64,000 nucleotides of DNA from an uncultured Gammaproteobacteria bacterium (GCA_964367355.1 CAYIWY010000005.1:19133-83132); one strand, 5' to 3'; shown: positions 17,994 through 30,961, counted from the stretch's first letter. The notes: generated by a model from the sequence alone, not told the origin. A program made the numbers and translations.

Positions 17994-20516
17994 TTAGTTT
18001 TTAGTTTTTCTTTTAGATTTCTCATCTTGTTTTGGTTCTTTACGAATTGTGGTCACCGCTGCCACTGAATCATCTTTTTTCGCTAACCGTATCAAAATCA
18101 CACCTTGAGTCTGCCTGGTCAAGAGTGGAATGTCTTTCAGAGGAAGCTTGATGACTTGGCCGCCTTTCGAAGTTATAATCACATCCTGATCTTCTTTGGA
18201 GAGGACCCGGGCAGCCATAACTTTACCAGTTCTCGCTGTTACATCTGCTGCTTTGACCCCGCTGCCGGAGCGTTTTTGCATTGGCCAGTCTGAAATTTTA
18301 CTTTTTTTGCCAAGTCCGTTTTCGGTTACAACCAAGAGTTCTCCTTCGCTAGGTGCGATATCAGCACAGATAACCTCGTCATCTTTACCGAGTCGTATTC
18401 CCATAACACCGGCAGTAGCGCGGCCCATGGAACGAACATCGTTTTCAGAATAACGAATTGACTGACCCTTCCTGGTTGCCATAATTATCGAGTCCTTACC
18501 GCTGGTTAAATTTACAAAATTTAGACTATCGCCCGAACTCAAATTGATGGCGATAATTCCGCTTCGTCTAATATTGGCAAATTCCAGAAGGTTAGTTTTC
18601 TTGACCACGCCTTTTTTAGTTCCCATGAAGACGAATCCGGATTTCACTGACTTAGGGACATTGAACATGGAAGTTACCAGCTCACCCTGCTCAATGTTTA
18701 TTAAGTTGATAATTGCCTGCCCTTTTGAAATTCTTGACCCCTCAGGAAGTTCGTATACTTTAATTTGGAAAACGCTACCTTTATTGGTAAAGAACATCAT
18801 ATTGTCATGAGTATTGGCAAGATAAAGAGCCGAAATCCCATCCTCGTCCTTTAAGGTAGCTCCAGTAACCCCCTTTCCACCGCGTTGTTGAGTGCGGAAA
18901 GTATCGATTGGGGATCTTTTGATATAGCCGGTTTCTGTGACCGTGACAATGACATTTTCTGAAGGGATTAAATCTTCTTCTGAGAAATCGCCGATTGCTT
19001 GTTTATAAACTCTGGTTCGTCTGTCGTCGCCGTATTTTTCCTTTAGCTCTTTAAGTTCTACCTCAATCACCGCCAGAATTTTCTTTGGGTGCGCGAGTAA
19101 ATCTTCCAGATAATCAATATTTTTCAAAACCTCTTTGTACTCGTCCTCGATTTTTTTACGCTCTAGGGCTGCCAACCGGCGCAGCTGCATATCCAAAATC
19201 GCCTGCGACTGAATTTCTGACAATTTAAAACGGGTCATTAAGTTGATTTTGGCGTTGTCAGCGTCAGAGGATTCTCTGATCGTTTTGATTACCTCATCAA
19301 GGTGATCTAAGGCAATTTTTAAGCCTTCGAGAATGTGCGCGCGCGCGCGAGCTTGGTCCAGCTCAAACTGAGTTCTTTTGGTAACAACGTCTTGGCGATG
19401 ACGAATATATTCCGTCAAGATTTGTTTCAGTGTCAAAGTTTGCGGCGTTCCATCAACCAAAGCCACCATATTGACGTTAAAGGCCATCTGCATACTGGTG
19501 TGTTTAAAGAGTTGGTTAAGTAGGTTTTGCGCCCGAGCGTCTCGTTTTAGCTCGACAACTATCCTCATTCCACTGCGATCAGATTCGTCACGCAAATCTG
19601 AAATTCCTTCAAGTTTTTTGTCCTTTACTAGCGCGGCTATTCGGGAAATAAGTTGAGATTTATTAACCTGAAATGGTATTTCAGTCACGATAATTTTGAA
19701 GCGATTGGTCTTGTCTTCTTCAATCTCGGCCTTGGCCCGCATCACGATCCGACCCTTACCGGTGGCGTAAGCGGCAATAATTTCGTTGATATCAAAAATT
19801 GCTCCGCCAGTTGGAAAGTCTGGGCCTTTGATAAACTGCATTAATTCTTCCAACGGGCTTTCCGGGTTTTCGATCAAATGTATGATGGCATCACAGATCT
19901 CGTTTAAATTGTGAGGGGGAATATTGGTCGCCATTCCGACCGCGATTCCGCTTCCTCCCGAAAGCAGTAAATTTGGCAGTTTGCCTGGTAAGTACACTGG
20001 TTCTTTTCTGGTGGCGTCAAAGTTATCAATCCAGGAAACAGTGTTTTTATCAATATCTGCCAAAAGTTCATCGGAAATTTTTGCCATTCTAGCTTCGGTG
20101 TAGCGCATTGCCGCGGGTGGATCACCGTCAATACTCCCAAAGTTACCTTGTCCATCAACTAGTGGGTAACGCATCGCAAAGTCTTGGGCGAGACGAACCA
20201 TAGCGTCATAAACCGGACCGTCCCCATGAGGGTGGTATTTACCCAACACCTCTCCGACAACAGTCGCACTTTTTCGGTATTTGGCACTGTGAGTTAATCC
20301 GATTTCGTTCATAGCGAAGAGAATACGGCGGTGAACCGGTTTCAAGCCATCTTTGACATCCGGCAAAGCACGAGCGACGATGACACTCATCGCGTAGTTG
20401 AGGTAACTTGTTTTCATTTCCTCGACTATTTGCACGTCTTTGAGACGACCAATGTCGTTGTTATCAGTCGGTTCGTTATTAACTTGTTCTTCGTTTTCTA
20501 TTTCTTGTTCGTCCAT
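17994..20516 (-). CDS. gyrA: DNA gyrase subunit A
   Basis: 840 aa; AMRYTEARM and [15 protein letters not shown] motifs. Confidence 0.95.
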   Translation of the reverse strand: MDEQEIENEEQVNNEPTDNNDIGRLKDVQIVEEMKTSYLNYAMSVIVARALPDVKDGLKPVHRRILFAMNEIGLTHSAKYRKSATVVGEVLGKYHPHGDGPVYDAMVRLAQDFAMRYPLVDGQGNFGSIDGDPPAAMRYTEARMAKISDELLADIDKNTVSWIDNFDATRKEPVYLPGKLPNLLLSGGSGIAVGMATNIPPHNLNEICDAIIHLIENPESPLEELMQFIKGPDFPTGGAIFDINEIIAAYATGKGRIVMRAKAEIEEDKTNRFKIIVTEIPFQVNKSQLISRIAALVKDKKLEGISDLRDESDRSGMRIVVELKRDARAQNLLNQLFKHTSMQMAFNVNMVALVDGTPQTLTLKQILTEYIRHRQDVVTKRTQFELDQARARAHILEGLKIALDHLDEVIKTIRESSDADNAKINLMTRFKLSEIQSQAILDMQLRRLAALERKKIEDEYKEVLKNIDYLEDLLAHPKKILAVIEVELKELKEKYGDDRRTRVYKQAIGDFSEEDLIPSENVIVTVTETGYIKRSPIDTFRTQQRGGKGVTGATLKDEDGISALYLANTHDNMMFFTNKGSVFQIKVYELPEGSRISKGQAIINLINIEQGELVTSMFNVPKSVKSGFVFMGTKKGVVKKTNLLEFANIRRSGIIAINLSSGDSLNFVNLTSGKDSIIMATRKGQSIRYSENDVRSMGRATAGVMGIRLGKDDEVICADIAPSEGELLVVTENGLGKKSKISDWPMQKRSGSGVKAADVTARTGKVMAARVLSKEDQDVIITSKGGQVIKLPLKDIPLLTRQTQGVILIRLAKKDDSVAAVTTIRKEPKQDEKSKRKTKN

Positions 20517-20575
20517 AAATTCTTACTATCTTCCGAGATTGCTTTATTTATATGACGCTTTGTGGCATATATTTC

Positions 20576-22705
<2,130 letters not shown>

Positions 22706-22813
22706 TTAGAAAACTAAAATAACTTCCCAATACTAAGGGAAGAGAGAGCCTGTAATATACTAGCAGAACTTAAGGATCTCTGGCAAGCTTGACCATTTTT
22801 GATACTTAAAACC

Positions 22814-23440
22814 TCAGATTTTAGGAACCTCTAAAGCTAAAATAAGTTCGATTAGCTTTTTGTTCACCAAAGATTTTTCCGCTTTTACCATTTTTAGGAG
22901 CAATTTATTGTAACGATGGACAATTCTTATTTTATTATTCCCTTTGGCAACAAGGTCTTTCAGTATATTTTCCCAAAATAAAATATAATCCTCCCTTCTG
23001 GAAGTCTCTAACAAATTGATTTTTTCACTTAAAGTTTTTTGGGCTAAATTTTCCCAGAGTGTTCGACTCTCATTACTTAAAATTTCCATCGATAAGTTTA
23101 CTTCTGTAAGTCGGCTAGAAACTGTCGGCAGCAAGGTGTCACGACTTTCAGCAGTCAATATTATTTGCACAGTCGCAACGGGTTCCTCCAATAGTTTCAG
23201 AAGGGCGTTTTGAGCCTCTTTGGTTAATTTTGAAGCTTCAAGAATAATAATAGAGGTTACTCGACTGTTTATAGGTTTGTGTGAAGCTTCAGTGACTACA
23301 GATCGTGCAACTTCAATTCCCCGGCTCTCAGTAGTATCAAAAACTTTGGTATCAAATTGGCTTGATTGTTCCAGCGCAATTTCTTTTGCTTTCAGCTGTC
23401 TTGATTCTTGGTTTCCGCTACTAATTAAGATTGATCGCAT
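22814..23440 (-). CDS. holB: DNA polymerase III delta-prime-like subunit (short form)
   Basis: 208 aa; LTKEAQNALLKLLEEP and TVSSR motifs of clamp-loader delta-prime; lacks the usual N-terminal region. Confidence 0.5.
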   Translation of the reverse strand: MRSILISSGNQESRQLKAKEIALEQSSQFDTKVFDTTESRGIEVARSVVTEASHKPINSRVTSIIILEASKLTKEAQNALLKLLEEPVATVQIILTAESRDTLLPTVSSRLTEVNLSMEILSNESRTLWENLAQKTLSEKINLLETSRREDYILFWENILKDLVAKGNNKIRIVHRYNKLLLKMVKAEKSLVNKKLIELILALEVPKI

Positions 23441-23532
23441 AATATTTTAAGTCTAAACCTTAATTGACATTATAACAGCAGCCGTACTAAAATAAATTGT
23501 TAGTACTAATAATTACAACAAAAACTGCCTAA

Positions 23533-25299
23533 ATGGACACCGTCAATAAAAGCATTGAAGATTTACTCTTCGAAAAGAAAAAAATAACCACTGAGAATCG
23601 TTCACTGATCAAACTTGAATCAGTCAACACTGGCAAAACTCCTGAAGACATCATCAAAGAACACAATTTTGTTTCATCTGAGGATTTGATTGCCGCTCGT
23701 GGTGAGATGATGGGAGTCTCTTTTGTAAATCCCACATCAAAGCCGATTTCAAGTGAAGTACTTTCCCTCATTCCCGAACCAGCGGCCCGTCGCTATATTT
23801 TAATTCCTTTCGACCTTTCCCCCGAGGGGGTTTTATCAGTTGCCATGGCTGATCCGTTGGATTTGCAGGTGGTGGAATTTATCGAAAGAAAAAGTCGCAG
23901 GCGAATCAAGACCTTTATTTCTTCACCGGGTTTAATTACAGCGGCAATTTCCGATCAATATGCCCAAAGTTTGACGACGAGTGTCACCGCGGCGGTTGAA
24001 GAAGCCTCGCCGGTTGAGGTTAAGGAAACCCTCAAGGATTTAGATAAAGTTGAGGAAGTTATTAAGGAGGCTCCGGTTGCCAAAATTGTCGCCACTTTAC
24101 TCGAATACGCCATGAAAGGTCGGGCGTCCGATATTCATATTGAACCACAAGAAGATAAAACCAGGGTTCGCTATCGGATTGATGGTGTTTTGCAAGAAAG
24201 AGTTGTTTTACCAAAAAAGGTTCATGAAGCTTTAGTTTCACGGGTAAAAATACTTTCCAATCTCAAAATTGACGAAAAACGTATTCCCCAAGATGGCCGT
24301 TTCAGTTTTAAAGTTGGTGAGCAAGCTGTCGATCTGCGTGTTTCTACCCTACCGACTGTCCATGGTGAAAAAATCGTTATGCGACTTCTTCCCAAAGCTG
24401 GCAGCGCTCCAACTTTGGCTCAATTAGGGTTACGTGGTATGGGGTTGAAACTTTTTGAAGAGAATATTTCTAGGCCTAATGGGATTATTTTGATTACCGG
24501 TCCCACTGGTTCAGGAAAAACAACCACACTGTTTGCGGCTTTATCAAAAATAAATTCTCCAAAAGTAAATATTGTAACTTTGGAAGACCCGGTTGAATAT
24601 CAAATTCCCGGAGTCAATCAGGTTCAAATTAACCCAGTGGCTGGGCTTACTTTCGCTTCTGGACTACGGAGTTTTCTCAGGCAAGACCCAAATATTATTA
24701 TGGTCGGTGAGATTCGAGATTCAGAGACAGCGGGTTTGGCGATTCAAGCGGCACTCACCGGGCATTTAGTGTTTTCAACCTTGCATACAAGTAGTTCCGC
24801 TGGTTCCCTGCCGCGTTTGTTGGATATGGGAGCAGAAACCTTCCTGCTCGCCAGTTCGATCAACGCTGTGGTCGCCCAGCGGGTTGTTCGGCAAATTTGT
24901 ACTGATTGCAAAGCCGAATATGATCCACCGGAGATGGTAATTCAAAATATAAAAACGGTTTTAGGAAATTTGACCAATCAAGTTGCCGGCAAAAAGCTTG
25001 ATGAAATTGAAACAAAAGACATCGCAGAAATTTCCGGAACTAAGAAGTTTAAACTATTTAAAGGTAAGGGTTGTGATAAATGTGGCGATTCTGGTTACAG
25101 GGGCCGTGTCGGTTTATTTGAAGTACTAAACATTACCGAGAAGATTGGAAAACTGATTTTGGAAAGAGCGCCAAGTACTGAAATTGAAAATATGGCGATC
25201 GCTGATGGAATGGTAACAATGAAGCAAGATGGTTATCTGAAGGCTTTGGAAGGTTTGTCAACGATTGAGGAAGTAATTCGAGTGGCGCAGGATGCTTAG
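23533..25299 (+). CDS. pilB: type IV pilus assembly ATPase PilB (GspE family)
   Basis: 588 aa; Walker A GPTGSGKTTTL; C-terminal tetracysteine; N-terminal GSPII_E_N-like domain. Confidence 0.9.
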   Translation: MDTVNKSIEDLLFEKKKITTENRSLIKLESVNTGKTPEDIIKEHNFVSSEDLIAARGEMMGVSFVNPTSKPISSEVLSLIPEPAARRYILIPFDLSPEGVLSVAMADPLDLQVVEFIERKSRRRIKTFISSPGLITAAISDQYAQSLTTSVTAAVEEASPVEVKETLKDLDKVEEVIKEAPVAKIVATLLEYAMKGRASDIHIEPQEDKTRVRYRIDGVLQERVVLPKKVHEALVSRVKILSNLKIDEKRIPQDGRFSFKVGEQAVDLRVSTLPTVHGEKIVMRLLPKAGSAPTLAQLGLRGMGLKLFEENISRPNGIILITGPTGSGKTTTLFAALSKINSPKVNIVTLEDPVEYQIPGVNQVQINPVAGLTFASGLRSFLRQDPNIIMVGEIRDSETAGLAIQAALTGHLVFSTLHTSSSAGSLPRLLDMGAETFLLASSINAVVAQRVVRQICTDCKAEYDPPEMVIQNIKTVLGNLTNQVAGKKLDEIETKDIAEISGTKKFKLFKGKGCDKCGDSGYRGRVGLFEVLNITEKIGKLILERAPSTEIENMAIADGMVTMKQDGYLKALEGLSTIEEVIRVAQDA

Positions 25300-25428
25300 T
25301 AGCAATTTAAAAATAGTTTAAAGTATCGTGCTAAAAATTTGTAATTTTTGAAAAATTAGGATTTTATTATCCGCACGATATTGCTTTAAAATAAGGAAAT
25401 AAGTAGTTTTTAAGGAAATTTTAAACCT

Positions 25429-26502
25429 ATGGAAATTCAACAAATTTTAGAAGAAGCCCTTAAACGCGGTGCCAGCGATGTTCACTTGATGGTGGGTACT
25501 TACCCGACTTTGAGAATCAACGGTGAGTTGGTCCCAATTGCCAAAACCAACGACCCGACCCCGGAATATATCGAAAAGTTGGTCTTTGGTTTGACCACAG
25601 CTGAGCAAAAAGAACTTTTATTGACCAACAAGGAAATTGATTTTTCTTTTGCACTCGGCGATCTGGCTCGTTTTCGTATTAATGCTTTTTACCAAAAAGG
25701 TTATATTTCAGCTGCCCTGCGTTTGATTCCGGCAAAAATACCAGCTTTGGCGGAACTACACTTGCCAAAAGTTTTTAGTAACTTTTCAAAACTGCGCCAG
25801 GGTTTAATTCTGGTTACTGGTCCAACTGGACATGGTAAATCGACGACGATTGCCTCAATCATCAATGAGATCAACGAGAGCCGCAGCGTTCACATCGTCA
25901 CGGTTGAAGACCCGATTGAGTATGTCTACCCATCCCGAAAATCTTTAATTGCGCAGCGGGAAATGCACCTTGATACTCATAGTTGGGAGATTGCCTTGCG
26001 AAGTGTTCTTCGTGAAGATCCGGACGTAGTGTTAATCGGAGAAATGCGTGACTATGAAACTATCGAAGCTTGTTTGACTATCGCTGAAACCGGACATTTA
26101 GTTTTTGCGACTTTGCATACCAACTCAGCATCGCAAAGTGTCGATCGTATTGTTGGAGTGTTCCCGGAAAACCAACAAGCTCAGATCCAAATGCAGCTTT
26201 CTAACGTAACTGAAGCAGTTATTTCTCAAAGATTAGTTCCGGGGATTCAAGCCGGACGTTACCCAGCGACTGAGGTATTACTTGGTAACGGCGCAGTTCG
26301 AAACGTTGTCCGTGAAGGTAAAACTCACTTATTGGACAATATTATTCAAACTTCCACCGGAAGTGGTATGAACACTATGGAGTTTAGTTTAGCTTCACTG
26401 GTTAAAGAAGGAAAAATTAGTTTGGAAACAGCCTTGAGTTACAGTTTGAAGTCTGAGGATTTGCTGCGAGAAGTGAAACGAATTACTCCAACTAAAGGAT
26501 AA
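25429..26502 (+). CDS. pilT: twitching-motility/retraction ATPase PilT
   Basis: 357 aa; VTGPTGHGKSTT, GEMRD. Confidence 0.9.
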   Translation: MEIQQILEEALKRGASDVHLMVGTYPTLRINGELVPIAKTNDPTPEYIEKLVFGLTTAEQKELLLTNKEIDFSFALGDLARFRINAFYQKGYISAALRLIPAKIPALAELHLPKVFSNFSKLRQGLILVTGPTGHGKSTTIASIINEINESRSVHIVTVEDPIEYVYPSRKSLIAQREMHLDTHSWEIALRSVLREDPDVVLIGEMRDYETIEACLTIAETGHLVFATLHTNSASQSVDRIVGVFPENQQAQIQMQLSNVTEAVISQRLVPGIQAGRYPATEVLLGNGAVRNVVREGKTHLLDNIIQTSTGSGMNTMEFSLASLVKEGKISLETALSYSLKSEDLLREVKRITPTKG

Positions 26503-26505
26503 AAT

Positions 26506-27705
26506 ATGCAACAGTTTACTTACATTGTTAAAGATAAGGTCGGCCAAACAAAAAAAGGTCTTATTGAAGCTGTTGATGCCCGAGCTGCTTCGGCAATTTT
26601 GCACGAGAAGGGTTTTGTTGTTATCAAGATCGAGGAAAAGAAAAAAGAATTTAGTTTTTCTTTTGGCGGCGTCAATCTTGGAGCGGTGGCCAACTTTACT
26701 CGTCAACTTTCAACTATGATCGCGTCTGGTTTACCACTTACCGACTCGCTAGTAGTCCTGCAGAAGCAGACTGAAAATAAGGTTCTTCAGGAAATCATTA
26801 CTTCAGTTGCCGATGATATTCAGGGCGGCTCGACCTTTGCCTCTTCTCTAGCCAAACACCCAAAAGCCTTTTCGATTGCCTACATCAACATTGTCAAAGC
26901 CGGAGAATCTTCCGGAACCTTGGATAAAGTACTTTTAAAGCTAGCTGACACAATGGAGAAGGATCGGGAATTTCAGTCGAAAGTCAAAGGTGCCTTTGTC
27001 TATCCAACAATTATTATGATTGCTATGGCGATGGTTATTACAATAATTATGATTTTTGTCGTCCCAAAACTAACTGATTTGTACTCTCAGCTGAATGTTG
27101 ATTTACCCTTGCCCACTAAGATACTGATGTTTTTAAGTAAGTTTATGGTCAATTTTTGGTGGTTGTTAATTATTTTAGGAGTTGGTGCCTCGACTATGCT
27201 GCGACGGTATCGAAAAACTGAAGCTGGGGCACTAGTGATCGATAGAATTATTTTAAAAATACCGATAATGGGTAAACTCAACCGTGATTCTTCTTTGACT
27301 GAATTTACCAGAACGCTGAGCTCTCTGATTGGTGCGGGGGTGCCGATCCTGGAAGGCTTAAAAATTTCCGGTGATGTCGCTGGTAATGCGACTCATAGAT
27401 TGGGAATAAAAAAAGCCGCAGTTTTGGTGGAAAAAGGGACCCCACTTTCCAAAGCAATTGGTCAGGATGATACTTTCCCGGCGATTGTGCCGCAGATGAT
27501 CGCCGTTGGGGAGGAAACTGGAAAAATTGACGAAGTACTAGAGCGTGTTTCCAACTATTTTGATCTTGAGGTTGATCACCAAGTTAAAAATCTAACTGCG
27601 TCACTCGAACCAATTATTATGATTGTCCTAGGTATTATGGTGGCACTTTTGGTAATTTCGATCATCATGCCAATTTACGGTCTCACCTCTTCGTTTGGAA
27701 ACTAG
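26506..27705 (+). CDS. pilC: type IV pilus inner-membrane platform protein PilC (GspF family)
   Basis: 399 aa; duplicated GspF domains, 3 TM. Confidence 0.9.
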   Translation: MQQFTYIVKDKVGQTKKGLIEAVDARAASAILHEKGFVVIKIEEKKKEFSFSFGGVNLGAVANFTRQLSTMIASGLPLTDSLVVLQKQTENKVLQEIITSVADDIQGGSTFASSLAKHPKAFSIAYINIVKAGESSGTLDKVLLKLADTMEKDREFQSKVKGAFVYPTIIMIAMAMVITIIMIFVVPKLTDLYSQLNVDLPLPTKILMFLSKFMVNFWWLLIILGVGASTMLRRYRKTEAGALVIDRIILKIPIMGKLNRDSSLTEFTRTLSSLIGAGVPILEGLKISGDVAGNATHRLGIKKAAVLVEKGTPLSKAIGQDDTFPAIVPQMIAVGEETGKIDEVLERVSNYFDLEVDHQVKNLTASLEPIIMIVLGIMVALLVISIIMPIYGLTSSFGN

Positions 27706-27825
27706 AACTTAATTTTTAATTATTAATTCTTAATTTCTAATCAAATCTTAATGATTAAATGTTTTAAATATTAAAGAATTAGAAATTCATTAAAAATTTT
27801 GAATTAGAAATTGAAAATTTAGAGT

Positions 27826-28425
27826 ATGCTAAAAAAATTGCTACTTTTCACCTTCGCGATATTAGTAATTTTAACAATTGGCATAGTTGTGTTTAACCCA
27901 ATTGAGAGAATGCGTGAATCGCGTGATACAACCAGAGTCAATGATTTAACCTCCATAAAAAAAGCGATTGATATCTATATTAACAATAACGCTAAAGATA
28001 TTGCTGCCAATCCTGGATTACTTTGTTCAAACTGTAGTGTCGGAAAAGAAGTCTTTTCCTACCGTTCAATCAAACTTATAGTATCAGTGTCAGACACTGG
28101 TCTAACAACCGTCGAAAAGCATAGTCTCTATGTTAATGCTACTGGTTGGCTTCCGCTCGATTTAGCCCGTAACGCTAGGCTTGGACAGACTCCACTGAAG
28201 GTTTTGCCGCTTGACCCGCTGGAAAAAGGTTACTCTATTCGCACCAAACTACCATTTTTTAGCAAAGAAGAAAACTTTGTCTACACTTATACTGCCGGAA
28301 TCGACAATAAATATAAACTAACTGCTAAGTTGGAGAGTAAAAAAGGCCTCGAAAAAGCAAAAAATGATGGTGGGACGCTCGATGATCGGATTGAAGTCGG
28401 GACAGATCTGACACTTAAACCATGA
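27826..28425 (+). CDS. membrane-anchored pilin-like/hypothetical protein
   Basis: 199 aa; N-terminal TM followed by RDTTRVNDLTSIKKAIDIY resembling a pseudopilin helix, but no G-F-T-L-I-E motif; contains REP palindrome at 28086-28098. Confidence 0.4.
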   Translation: MLKKLLLFTFAILVILTIGIVVFNPIERMRESRDTTRVNDLTSIKKAIDIYINNNAKDIAANPGLLCSNCSVGKEVFSYRSIKLIVSVSDTGLTTVEKHSLYVNATGWLPLDLARNARLGQTPLKVLPLDPLEKGYSIRTKLPFFSKEENFVYTYTAGIDNKYKLTAKLESKKGLEKAKNDGGTLDDRIEVGTDLTLKP

Positions 28426-28697
28426 TTAGGTCGTTTTGTTTTGTCTCGCTTAACGCAATGCGCGTAAAGCGGATTAAAACCGCCGTTGGATTAGTCAGCG
28501 TCAAGAAAATTGAGTTTTGTAAACTGGTTCCGAAGGAAAATTTTTCAACTGTTTGACGCTTCTTTGAAGAGGAGTTTTGGAAAATTAAGTGAACAAAACG
28601 AGATTTTTAGCTGGAGGATCCAAGGCGGCAGTTTGGTTCAACCTTTGCTGTCAAAGGTTGCAATAAATAAGAAATTGATTAGAAATTAGTTAAAGCA

Positions 28698-28761
28698 TAA
28701 TACTTGACGCTTGATACCTGATACCAGTCGCTTGATACTTGACACATGATACTTGATACCC
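28698..28761. repeat. degenerate tandem array of T(T)GA(T/C)AC units (six or more copies) spanning the pilD start codon
   Basis: atacttgacgcttgatacctgataccagtcgcttgatacttgacacatgatacttgataccc; inverse copy (gtatcaag) plus tandem 14-mer at 29681-29711 on the other side of pilD. Confidence 0.6.
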
Positions 28762-29648
28762 TCTTTATTATATTTATCTTTCTTTTCGGTGCCGCCATCG
28801 GCTCATTCTTAAACGTAGTTATTCTTAGACTTCACTCAGGTAGAACCCTCGGAGGCCGTTCGCAGTGCCCACACTGTCACCACACGCTGGCAACGCTTGA
28901 TTTAATTCCAATCCTAAGTTACCTATTATTATCGGGCAAATGCCGCTATTGCGGCCATAAATTGTCGATCCAATACCCGTTGGTTGAGCTGACCGCAGCG
29001 ATCTTGTTTACAATCGCTTTTCTCTCTTGGGGTCAGGCCGCCTTTGGGTGTCAGACACTCATCCCCCAGTGTCTGACACCGGTCAATCTTTCATCTTTAA
29101 TCTTTAATCTTTTCCTCGTTTCAGTTCTAATCGTCATTTCAGTTTATGATCTTAAGTGGGGTCTGGTTCCCGATAAAATAATACTACCAGCTAGTGTAAT
29201 TGCCTTTGGATATCAATTATTAACCTTTGTCATTGCGAGTGTAACGAAGCAATCTAATTTGTCATCTCGAGGACTCTTAGACGAGAGATCTCAAGGATTT
29301 CTCTCTTCGTTCGAAATGACACTTTTACCCAATCTATTCACTGCCTTTGGTATTGGCTTATTCTTCTTTCTAATAATTCTTTTCACAAAAGGCAAAGGCA
29401 TGGGAGGCGGAGACTTTAAACTAAGCATATTTATAGGACTTGCCTTAGGTTGGCCGCTAGCCTTGGTCGCTGTCTTTTTGGGTTTCTTGACAGGTGCCTT
29501 GGGGGCTGTTATGCTTATATTGTTAGGCAAGAAAAGCTTCAAGCAAACAGTTCCTTTTGGACCGTTTTTAGCTTTAGGAAGCTTGCTTGCAATACTAGTA
29601 GGAAACCAGATTTTGGAATTATATCTGAAATCTATGGGGTTAAAATAA
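28746..29648 (+). CDS. pilD: prepilin peptidase (A24 family) PilD, with in-frame repeat-element insertions
   Basis: 300 aa; CPHCHH...CRYCGHK zinc motif; catalytic Asp in VYDLKWGLVPD and GMGGGDFK; extra segments GCQTLIPQCLTP (29047-29080 palindrome pair) and KQSNLSSRGLLDERSQGFLSSFEMTLL (29261-29321 element). Confidence 0.85.
   Translation: MILDTLFIIFIFLFGAAIGSFLNVVILRLHSGRTLGGRSQCPHCHHTLATLDLIPILSYLLLSGKCRYCGHKLSIQYPLVELTAAILFTIAFLSWGQAAFGCQTLIPQCLTPVNLSSLIFNLFLVSVLIVISVYDLKWGLVPDKIILPASVIAFGYQLLTFVIASVTKQSNLSSRGLLDERSQGFLSSFEMTLLPNLFTAFGIGLFFFLIILFTKGKGMGGGDFKLSIFIGLALGWPLALVAVFLGFLTGALGAVMLILLGKKSFKQTVPFGPFLALGSLLAILVGNQILELYLKSMGLK
29047..29080. repeat. inverted pair of the 11-nt REP palindrome GTGTC(A/T)GACAC inside the pilD ORF
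   Basis: ggtgtcagacact-catcccc-cagtgtctgacacc; same 11-mer flanks the RAYT gene (5846-5856, 6453-6463) and occurs at 28086-28098. Confidence 0.7.
29261..29321. repeat. about 60-nt imperfect palindromic element (MITE/RPE-like), copy A, in-frame inside pilD
   Basis: gtcatctcgagga...gacgagagatctc...cgttcgaaatgacac; second copy at 29737-29796. Confidence 0.65.
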
Positions 29649-29736
29649 ATACATGTTACACTCTGCCCGAGCGTTAAATAGTATCAAGAATCATGAATCA
29701 AGAATCATGCTTTTGGTACTTTCTTTTTTTTCCTAT

Positions 29737-29796
29737 GTCATCTCGAGGAATATTTTGACGAGAGATCTCTCACTCGCCTACTCGTTCGAGATGACA
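29737..29796. repeat. about 60-nt palindromic element, copy B, in the pilD to pilin intergenic spacer
   Basis: gtcatctcgaggaatattttgacgagagatctctcactcgcctactcgttcgagatgacac; preceded by tandem 14-mer atcaagaatcatg(a/c) twice (29684-29711). Confidence 0.65.
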
Positions 29797-29882
29797 CCTG
29801 TTTTCAATTCTGAATTCATAATTGGTACAAATATAAGTCAGCTTATAATTCATAATTCAAATCTGAGAGGGGGTGAGAACGT

Positions 29883-30329
29883 ATGACGGAAAAACTTCGC
29901 TCTCACTTAAAGACTGAAAAGGGTTTTACCCTGATCGAACTGTTGGTCGTAATCGCGATTATCGCTATTTTAGTCGTCATCGTCTTGGTAGCTATCAATC
30001 CATTACAACGAATTAGGGACGCTAATACTCGATCTGCTGGATCTAGTGCACAACAGATTGGAACAGCTACAGCTGCTTGTATAACAAATAGTCTACAAAC
30101 ACTGTCTTTGGCCGCTTCCATAGCTGCTTGTGACGCAACCCCTTGGTCCGAAATGGCTAATTATTCAAACCTATCAGCTCTACCTACGGGTACAACCGTT
30201 GCTGCTATTACGACCGCAGCTGTCAACACAGATATCTGTGTTACATCTACAGTCGGTAACGGAGATCCGCAGTACTTCACATACCTTCGAGGTAGTGTTA
30301 GTGGTACAGCGTGTCCAGCTTCGACCTAG
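29883..30329 (+). CDS. type IV pilin (class III signal peptide, GFTLIEL)
   Basis: 148 aa; KTEKGFTLIELLVVIAIIAILV prepilin motif; strong SD gagggggtgag upstream. Confidence 0.85.
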   Translation: MTEKLRSHLKTEKGFTLIELLVVIAIIAILVVIVLVAINPLQRIRDANTRSAGSSAQQIGTATAACITNSLQTLSLAASIAACDATPWSEMANYSNLSALPTGTTVAAITTAAVNTDICVTSTVGNGDPQYFTYLRGSVSGTACPAST

Positions 30330-30445
30330 TTATGTAGTAATTGGTAACACCCAAATTACTGATTATTATTTAGGGATAGTAATTAGTAACTTATATACGG
30401 ACTAAATTTGAGCTTATACGAGGACGTATTATTAAGAATTAAGAA

Positions 30446-30961
30446 ATGATGAAAAAAATAAATAGCAAAGCGTTTACTTTAATAGAACTCTTGATCGTAA
30501 TTGCAATTATCGGTGTTTTAGTTACTATTGTTGTGGTTGCGATCAATCCAGTAAAATTAATTAACGATGCCAAAGATTCTAGAATGAGAGCTGATTTGAA
30601 TCAAATTAAGGCCGCGATGCAGCTTTATTATAACGATTGTAAAGTTTACCCTACGACAGGCGATTACAACACACTTTATTCAGGAACTTTGTGGAACGGT
30701 ACTGGAGATGCAATTGGAGCCTGTAGTCCTAATGCAACTATCTACATGAGAAGACTTCCAACAGATTCTGCTGGTGGCAACTATCTCTATTCGACTACTT
30801 CAGGCTGTAATAACGGTGTTGGGGGTAATTGTGTAGATTATGTGGTTGGAGCTACACTTTCAACGGTAACGGGTGATGATACTAATACTCAAACAAAATG
30901 CTCCGCTGCAGCCACATCTACTACAGCAAATGCCGGAACATTCAAAGTCTGCAATGACTAA
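30446..30961 (+). CDS. type IV pilin (KAFTLIELLIVIAIIGVLV)
   Basis: 171 aa with canonical prepilin N-terminus. Confidence 0.85.
   Translation: MMKKINSKAFTLIELLIVIAIIGVLVTIVVVAINPVKLINDAKDSRMRADLNQIKAAMQLYYNDCKVYPTTGDYNTLYSGTLWNGTGDAIGACSPNATIYMRRLPTDSAGGNYLYSTTSGCNNGVGGNCVDYVVGATLSTVTGDDTNTQTKCSAAATSTTANAGTFKVCND

Noticed and set aside
29653-29886. 77-aa ORF between pilD and the pilin gene
   Set aside because: It is composed almost entirely of the tandem 14-mer and the 60-nt palindromic element. Treated as non-coding repeat sequence.
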